Origin: a virus
Taxonomy: Duplodnaviria > Caudoviricetes
Virus record (IMG/VR): IMGVR_UViG_3300031578_000055
Coordinates: 1 to 50,679 of that record
Direction: 5' to 3' (one strand)
DNA length: 50,679 bases
The position numbers and the translations under genes are program-made. Of the stretch, positions 44,760-50,679 are shown piece after piece; the first letter of the stretch is position 1, and each line of letters opens with the position of its first letter. The notes under the pieces were generated by a model. The model made no database searches, was not told the origin of the DNA, and saw nothing but the letters and a program-made list of their open reading frames with translations.

Positions 44760-46300
44760 TTTTGAATTTTCCATGGGAAGAACGAATAGAAATAGTTGAT
44801 GATATAAAACTATTAAGAGTTTATTTTGATGCTTATAAAATAGGTGGATCAGAAGCAGTAATAGACTTTATTTCAAGATTTTGTTTGACATTTGACCCTA
44901 GAAAAGAAAAAAATAGAGTAATCCCTTTTGAGCTATTTAAAAAACAAGAAGAATACATTCGGTGGCTTTGGCTAAGATATGTCAACAGAGAGGATGGAGT
45001 AGTTGACAAGTGTAGAGGGATAGGAATGTCCTGGATGAATGCTGGATTTTCAGCTTTTTTAATTTTATTTCAACAAGCAGTAACTATATCAATGTATACG
45101 TATAAAGCAGAAGAATGTCATTCATTGGGGAATATTGATACTTTATTAGAAAAGGTAATATTTATTTGTGATAATTTGCCAGAGTCATTTGTGACCGGAA
45201 TAGAACATAAACTAATGCAGATCAAAAATCATAAAAATGGATCTATAATTGTAGGAAAATCTGGTGATTCTCCGGGGCGTGGTGGTAGATCATCAATATA
45301 TTTTTTAGATGAAGCAGCTTTTTATCCTCGTGCCGATTCAATAGAAGCAGCAGTTTCAAGAAATGCAGATTGCAAAATATGGGGATCAACTCACCATGGA
45401 ACAAATACACTTTTTTATAGAAAATGTACTTCTGGAATAAATCCTGTAATAACATTTGACTGGTGGGAACTCAAAGAAATGTACAACCAGGAATGGTACG
45501 ACCGGGAAAAAGAAAAAGCTGTTGCAGAAGGAACACTTCATATTTTTAAACAAGAAGTTGAGCGTGATGCATCTGCAAGTCTTGAAGCATGTGTTGTTCC
45601 GTCCGAATGGGTTAATGCTGCAAAACGATGTACTGCAAATCTTGACGGAAAGATAATTGCTTCCCTTGACCCAGCCAATGAAGGAGGCGATGTTCACGGT
45701 TTTGTTGTAATAAATGGTAACATGCCTATCTATGCAGAAGAGTCCGGTCTTGGTGATCCTGCAGATGCAACAGATATGTTTTTCTGGAAAGCGGTTGAGA
45801 TGGGAGCAGAGGAATTCAGGTATGACCCGATCGGTGTTGGTGTTGGTGTAGCAATTAGAATGAAACAGATAATTGAAGAGTTGAAAACTAATGATCCTGG
45901 GAATAAAGCTTTAAAAGTAAAAATAAAACCGTGGTCGGCTTCCGGTGCTGTATTACGTCCAGACCAAAGAGATTACGCCGAAAAAGCGAACGGTGATTTC
46001 TTCGAAAATGCAAAAGCTCAAGCATGGTGGAAAGTAAGATCAGAATTTTTGAATACTTACCGGTCTGTAAACAATAAAGATTGTGAAGAAGATCAATTAA
46101 TTTCTTTTCCTGGAAAAATAGATAGATCTTTAGAAAAAATGATAATGGAATTATCTCAACCTCAGTTTACTAATTCAAAACGGGGTAAAACTATGATCGA
46201 TAAAAAACCAAAAGGAAGCAAATCCCCGAACCTTGCCGATGCTTATGTTATGTGTAGAGCTGAAGTTGATGTTGAATGGATGGCATGGTCTACAGTTTGA
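44756..46300 (+). CDS. terL: Terminase large subunit
   Basis: KCRGIGMSW Walker A variant, FLDEAAF, LDPA nuclease Asp, SPNLADAY. Confidence 0.95.
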   Translation: MILNFPWEERIEIVDDIKLLRVYFDAYKIGGSEAVIDFISRFCLTFDPRKEKNRVIPFELFKKQEEYIRWLWLRYVNREDGVVDKCRGIGMSWMNAGFSAFLILFQQAVTISMYTYKAEECHSLGNIDTLLEKVIFICDNLPESFVTGIEHKLMQIKNHKNGSIIVGKSGDSPGRGGRSSIYFLDEAAFYPRADSIEAAVSRNADCKIWGSTHHGTNTLFYRKCTSGINPVITFDWWELKEMYNQEWYDREKEKAVAEGTLHIFKQEVERDASASLEACVVPSEWVNAAKRCTANLDGKIIASLDPANEGGDVHGFVVINGNMPIYAEESGLGDPADATDMFFWKAVEMGAEEFRYDPIGVGVGVAIRMKQIIEELKTNDPGNKALKVKIKPWSASGAVLRPDQRDYAEKANGDFFENAKAQAWWKVRSEFLNTYRSVNNKDCEEDQLISFPGKIDRSLEKMIMELSQPQFTNSKRGKTMIDKKPKGSKSPNLADAYVMCRAEVDVEWMAWSTV

Positions 46301-46325
46301 CAGTATTGTTGATATGAATTATATT
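46297..46325 (+). promoter_or_regulatory. Promoter overlapping terL stop
   Basis: TTGACA-17-TATATT. Confidence 0.75.
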
Positions 46326-46331
46326 TAATAT

Positions 46332-46420
46332 ATCCTTTCTTTTAATGGAGTGCGGCACTGCTGCAAACCCACTCCAAATATTGATTTTAGACCAGAGAAT
46401 GATCCCTCTGGTCTTTTTTT
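46332..46420 (+). ncRNA. Candidate trans-acting antisense sRNA
   Basis: Promoter to terminator with no convincing ORF; 5' 17 nt complementary to 37813-37829; hairpin 46346-46376. Confidence 0.6.
46389..46420 (+). terminator. Intrinsic terminator
   Basis: AGACCAGAG-N8-CTCTGGTCT then T-run. Confidence 0.85.
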
Positions 46421-46440
46421 ATTTATAATTAAAATAAGTG

Positions 46441-46469
46441 TTGACTCTTTACCGCTATAGCGTTATATT
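46441..46469 (+). promoter_or_regulatory. Sigma70-type promoter with palindromic operator
   Basis: TTGACT-17-TATATT with CGCTATAGCG; near copy of 4010-4038. Confidence 0.8.
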
Positions 46470-46498
46470 AAAGATAGATCAAAGGAAAGGAAGTAAAG

Positions 46499-46660
46499 AT
46501 GAACGATTTAAATAAAAACATAGAGGCCCTTACAGAAAAGCAAAGAAAAACAGTTAAGACATTAATTCAGCTTGGAGATAGTAAAGAGCTTGCATATAAA
46601 ACAGTTGTTAATACTAAAGAACATAATTCTGATATGTACGCTTTAGCTTATTATAGCTAA
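46499..46660 (+). CDS. Small hypothetical protein (not in ORF track)
   Basis: AAAGGA RBS; 53 aa MNDLNKNIEAL...AYYS. Confidence 0.7.
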   Translation: MNDLNKNIEALTEKQRKTVKTLIQLGDSKELAYKTVVNTKEHNSDMYALAYYS

Positions 46661-46667
46661 TTAAATA

Positions 46668-46681
46668 GCCTCTTCGGAGGC
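46668..46681 (+). promoter_or_regulatory. UUCG hairpin abutting RBS (copy 3 of 3)
   Basis: GCCTC-TTCG-GAGGC then AAAGGAAGG. Confidence 0.7.
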
Positions 46682-46695
46682 AAAGGAAGGATCAA

Positions 46696-47349
46696 ATGAA
46701 TAAATATAAAAAATATTGTCCAAACGTTTTTGTTATGGAATCGGAAGATGATTATGACCGTGGGGACATAGCAGAAATAGAAACACGGTATGGCAAAGTA
46801 AATGAAGCAATTATATTCAATAAATTATTTGAGCGTGATGGCTTAAAATACTATTCTCAAATAAGAGCCGATGGATTTAATATTCAGGAACGAGCAAAAT
46901 TGAAATCAGAAAAATATGATAACTGGTCGGAATCTGCTTCTAAAAAATCTGATCAGGCTTATCAGGCATCAAATAAACATTCTGAATTCTTGTCACTTGG
47001 AGAACCAATTAAAATAGGTCACCACTCAGAAAACAGACACCGGAAAATGATTTCAGATGCAAATAATAATATGAGAAAATTTGTAGAACTTTCCGACAAG
47101 GCATCGAGCCACGAAAGTAAAGCCGATTACTGGAAATCAAGAGAGAATGATATCAATCTCTCAATGCCTGAATCAATAGATTTTTATGCTCATAAATTAG
47201 AACAGGCAAAAGAGATCCATGTATTTTTAAAGAAAAACCCTGATAAAAGATCTCATAGTTATTCTTTAACTTATGCAAAAAAAGATGTAAATGTCGCTCA
47301 GAAAAATTATGATATCGCTGTAAAATTGTGGGGAGTTTATGAAAAATAG
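46696..47349 (+). CDS. DUF3560-like protein
   Basis: GEPIKIGHHSENRHR motif. Confidence 0.85.
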   Translation: MNKYKKYCPNVFVMESEDDYDRGDIAEIETRYGKVNEAIIFNKLFERDGLKYYSQIRADGFNIQERAKLKSEKYDNWSESASKKSDQAYQASNKHSEFLSLGEPIKIGHHSENRHRKMISDANNNMRKFVELSDKASSHESKADYWKSRENDINLSMPESIDFYAHKLEQAKEIHVFLKKNPDKRSHSYSLTYAKKDVNVAQKNYDIAVKLWGVYEK

Positions 47350-47530
47350 TTTTAATTGTAGATCCTGTGAAGGTTGCAAACATATTACTAATAATAATCT
47401 TGAATATTGCTATATGTTTCAAAGTGCACCTTCAATATTACCATGTGCACAACATGATAAATATGCAGAACAAAGAAAAATAAACGGAAGGAAGATATAC
47501 GCAAATTTCAAAAAAAGGAATAAATTATGA
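47339..47530 (+). CDS. Small Cys-rich protein
   Basis: GGGAG RBS; CRSCEGCKH...CYMF...C. Confidence 0.7.
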   Translation: MKNSFNCRSCEGCKHITNNNLEYCYMFQSAPSILPCAQHDKYAEQRKINGRKIYANFKKRNKL

Positions 47531-47630
47531 CAGAAAAAAATAGAATCTTCACTGAAAATGTTACTGGTATTTGTTTTATTGCATTTATAGCAATTGTATT
47601 TATTTCTATTATTGTGGAGGTGTTATTTTT

Positions 47631-47945
47631 ATGAAAAAATGTAACAAATGCGACTTAGAACATTCTGAAATAGTTATGGTTAAAAATACCTGCTACTTAT
47701 GCGTATTATCTCAATGCCCTTCTAAAACAAGAAGACAAATCAAAGAATATAAAAAAGCGGTATCAATTAGGCTGGCATTATCTACACCATTAACTACAAA
47801 TAATTCCGTTGCAATTGTTGAGCGTATCGGTTTAGAAAATCTCGGATTTATAGATCAGATAGTTAGAGGAATGATTATTGATCATCAACCAGGAGTAAGT
47901 TTTTGCAAAAGACTACATTATTATTTGGATAAGGAAGGATTGTAA
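47631..47945 (+). CDS. Hypothetical protein with N-terminal CxxC..CxxC
   Basis: ATG 47631 after GGAGGT. Confidence 0.7.
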   Translation: MKKCNKCDLEHSEIVMVKNTCYLCVLSQCPSKTRRQIKEYKKAVSIRLALSTPLTTNNSVAIVERIGLENLGFIDQIVRGMIIDHQPGVSFCKRLHYYLDKEGL

Positions 47946-48328
47946 TGAACATAGATTTTATTAAATGGATGTGTGAAAAGACAGAATGGATGTGTACTGC
48001 AGAACTTGATTGGTATGTAAGAACCCCAGATGAAGATTGTTGTTTTCAGATAACAAATCCATCAGATATGAAAGATACAGGATGGACAGACGTGTATTAC
48101 CCCCTTCTCCTCCAAAGAGCTATTGAGGAAATAAACCAGAGTGATGATACTTGTTATTTTATACAGATAAATCTCTATTCTGTTTGTATCACTAATGTGG
48201 ATACCGGAAAGGATATATTTATAGCAGACTATAATGGATCCGATGGGAACAAGCATGCTTCATCAAAAGAAGTCGATCAAGCAAAAGAAGCCGCACTTAA
48301 ATATATTTTAGAACAGGAAACCAAATGA
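47945..48328 (+). CDS. Hypothetical protein
   Basis: TAATG coupling. Confidence 0.75.
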   Translation: MNIDFIKWMCEKTEWMCTAELDWYVRTPDEDCCFQITNPSDMKDTGWTDVYYPLLLQRAIEEINQSDDTCYFIQINLYSVCITNVDTGKDIFIADYNGSDGNKHASSKEVDQAKEAALKYILEQETK

Positions 48329-48540
48329 AAGAATCAATAGGACTAAAAAAATTAAAACTATCAATGGAAACAATAGGGTATAAAAAGGTTTGTGAATTAA
48401 CCGGATTAAAACCAACTATTCTTTATGAATGGTTAAACTATAAAAAAGATCCAAAAAATATGAAGATGCTTAATGCCAGACAAATAAAGTTTCATTTACA
48501 TATCGATTATGAGGATTGGTTCAAATCTTCTGATTGTTGA
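48325..48540 (+). CDS. HTH protein (Cro/XRE-like)
   Basis: YKKVCELTGLKPTILYEWLN. Confidence 0.7.
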   Translation: MKESIGLKKLKLSMETIGYKKVCELTGLKPTILYEWLNYKKDPKNMKMLNARQIKFHLHIDYEDWFKSSDC

Positions 48541-48572
48541 TTTATACGAGCATAGAATGTAAACTATATTCT

Positions 48573-48761
48573 ATGAAAAGAAAATATATTGTATTTTATG
48601 CTCATACCAATGGTTTCGGCTCAACAGATATCGTGGTATCCAGAAAAGAAAGACCTAATAAAATAGAAAATATACATAAAATTGAAGATGTCCTTTCTGA
48701 ATCTCTTCGCTCTCAAATAGCAATAATAAATTTTAAATATGTAGGTATCTCATGGAAATAA
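48573..48761 (+). CDS. Hypothetical protein
   Basis: ATG 48573 just after TTGATT-17-TAAACT promoter; overlaps portal start. Confidence 0.6.
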   Translation: MKRKYIVFYAHTNGFGSTDIVVSRKERPNKIENIHKIEDVLSESLRSQIAIINFKYVGISWK

Positions 48762-50050
48762 ACACGTCCGGGGCCAGATCAATTAATACTAAATCGGCTG
48801 GATTTAGTCCGTATGTCCAACAGGCCTTGTCTGGTGGAATCGGGAATTCCTGGTTATCTCCTACTGCAGCAATGTTGTTATGGGAAACATCAGATACTAT
48901 TTTTAATTGTATCGATTTAATTTCAATGCCTTTTTCTCAAATGACATATTCTCTTAGAGATAAAAAAACCGGGGATTATTTAAGCAAATCAACTGATCAC
49001 CCATTTCTGGCATTATTAGAAAACCCAGGGTTTATGATGAGTTCGAATGAACTTATGTATTCGTTAATGACTTCTTTTTTAGTGAATTCTGTATGTTATC
49101 CGGTATTAGATGGAAATATAAATTATGAACCAGCCTCTATTCGTGCGGTCTATGCAAATAAAGCAAACCTTACACCCGATGGAAATAATCAACTTTTAAA
49201 TATAAGTTTTGCTGATGGAGAAAAAGAATATTTATACAAAAGACAATTGATTCCTAAAAGAAAAACAGTTGTTTATCAAACAGATATTCCTTTATCCGAA
49301 ACAATGCCTATAATAAAAATGAAACGTAGGCACGGGATAGAGGCATCAAGTCCTTTATCGAGAATAGTAAATCAGGCATATACAAAAATATACGGAAATG
49401 TACATAACTCAAGTTTGCTTAAAAATGGATCTCGTCCAGGTGGATTATGGTCTATCGATGGGAAAGCATTAAGTCAGGAACAATATGAATCTTTTAAAAA
49501 TGAAGTTCATAATAATTTTAGTGGTCCTGCTAATGCCGGAGTTAATGTTGTTTCTCCTGCTCCTGTTAAATACGAAAACTTTATATTAAACCCCAAAGAT
49601 ATGGATTTTGTAAAATTAATAGAAGCATCTGCAGAAGATATTTATAATTTATATCATGTTCCTCTTGCCCTAGTATCTACAAAGACAATGACTATGAGCA
49701 ATTTCCAAAATTCACAGACTGCATTATTTGACCTTGCTGTTTTACCTAACTCTTATATTGTTTTAAAAAGACTTGGAGAATTAGCTCTTCCAAGATATAA
49801 AGATGGTGATAGATATGAACTGACTTTTGATGAAAAAACTCTTCCTGCATTACGTGCAAGGATGCTTGAGACTGCCGAAACTATGCGTAAGGTCGGATCA
49901 TATACAGAAGATGAAATCAGAGCAACAACAGGATATGATAATCTAACAGAAGGTGGTGACGCTGTTTATAGACCGGCAATGTGGGTTTCTTCAGAAGCAG
50001 AAGAGGATGATTCTGATATCTCAGGATCTGATGATATACTAGAGGAATAA
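48752..50050 (+). CDS. Portal protein (HK97 family)
   Basis: HPFLALLENP, NGSRPGG, KDMDF...IYNLYHVP, TEDEIR..GY. Confidence 0.95.
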   Translation: MEINTSGARSINTKSAGFSPYVQQALSGGIGNSWLSPTAAMLLWETSDTIFNCIDLISMPFSQMTYSLRDKKTGDYLSKSTDHPFLALLENPGFMMSSNELMYSLMTSFLVNSVCYPVLDGNINYEPASIRAVYANKANLTPDGNNQLLNISFADGEKEYLYKRQLIPKRKTVVYQTDIPLSETMPIIKMKRRHGIEASSPLSRIVNQAYTKIYGNVHNSSLLKNGSRPGGLWSIDGKALSQEQYESFKNEVHNNFSGPANAGVNVVSPAPVKYENFILNPKDMDFVKLIEASAEDIYNLYHVPLALVSTKTMTMSNFQNSQTALFDLAVLPNSYIVLKRLGELALPRYKDGDRYELTFDEKTLPALRARMLETAETMRKVGSYTEDEIRATTGYDNLTEGGDAVYRPAMWVSSEAEEDDSDISGSDDILEE

Positions 50051-50180
50051 ACCCTCCGGGCTAAAAATAGTAGGAGGATATTATGATAATAATAATGACC
50101 CCAAGAAAGAAAAAAGGGATAGTTGTAATGATTGCAGGTGCAGTTACACTTATACTAGATGCAAAGGCGGAAATAAAATA

Positions 50181-50679
50181 ATGGCAACACCAATAGCTCG
50201 TTATAATGTAGTTCCAAATCAAAGAATCTCAGAAGTGTTTAATTTTGGTGTTGTTGCATTTTCTAAAGTTTCAATTGAGAATGTTTCAATTGCAATTGCA
50301 GGGCAAGGATATTTTGGAAGTACTCCATTAGTCTCATCTGAGATAGCATTAAATCCAAGGACTGATGTTTGGGAATATTTTATTGAAATTGATCCTACTG
50401 ATTTTTCGGGGAGTGGATTATTTACTGCCACTGCAACTATTACAGGAACAGATGCAGGGGCATTAGTGTTACCTGCAATTCCTTTAGTTGTAGATGGCGC
50501 TAGTACATTAGAGTCATTTATGGCGTGGGTGTCTACTACAGGAAATGATGGGACAGGAGAAGTTGGGAATGAATTGCTTCCATATTTAACAATTGATGGA
50601 GCAGTAACAGGAATACAGACATCTAGTATCACAAATGTTTCTGATGGTGCTACAATTTATATTAAAGAGGGTACTTTTG
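50181..50679 (+). CDS. Right-handed beta-helix / depolymerase-like protein (3' truncated, not in ORF track)
   Basis: Open from ATG 50181 to window end; WVSTTGNDGTG...PYLTIDGAV...GATIYIKEGTF. Confidence 0.65.
   Translation, partial: MATPIARYNVVPNQRISEVFNFGVVAFSKVSIENVSIAIAGQGYFGSTPLVSSEIALNPRTDVWEYFIEIDPTDFSGSGLFTATATITGTDAGALVLPAIPLVVDGASTLESFMAWVSTTGNDGTGEVGNELLPYLTIDGAVTGIQTSSITNVSDGATIYIKEGTF

Larger units (their letters stand above)
1..50679. mobile_element. Tailed phage genome segment (contractile Mu-like tail, HK97-type portal), near complete
   Basis: terS/terL/portal, sheath, tube, tape measure, baseplate, lysis and replication genes; no host housekeeping genes seen. Confidence 0.97.

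Noticed and set aside
50219-50632. Minus-strand 137-aa ORF
   Set aside because: Shadow of the truncated plus-strand ORF starting at 50181
1-50679. Stop-codon reassignment
   Set aside because: Core genes are intact in the standard code and end in TAA, TAG and TGA

Overview
AT-rich, gene-dense window holding most of a tailed (myovirus-like) phage genome. It starts just after the major capsid gene and ends just after the portal, so the prohead protease and capsid gene probably lie outside. 1-23.8 kb (+): head-tail joining genes and a Mu-like contractile tail/baseplate, interrupted by a reverse ibrAB-like (PAPS-reductase/ParB) island, a lysis cassette and a reverse single-gene insert. 23.9-35.0 kb (-): recombination/replication genes (ssb, single-chain SbcD-SbcC, SF2 helicase, VRR-NUC) and an atypical tRNA. 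35.1-50.7 kb (+): M23 peptidase, two DNA methyltransferases, replication initiator, HNH endonuclease, terS, terL, a block of small accessory genes, portal. No integrase was recognised. The most notable feature is an array at 40.6-42.4 kb of small genes separated by attC-like hairpin sites (AAC...GTT). Each gene has its own terminal inverted repeat, and three hairpin loops encode in-frame CxxC..CxxC tails. Also notable is a promoter-to-terminator small RNA candidate (46332-46420) whose first 17 nt are perfectly complementary to the RBS of the replication initiator. All protein calls come from motif recognition and synteny, not database searches. A spirochaete-like host is a weak inference.
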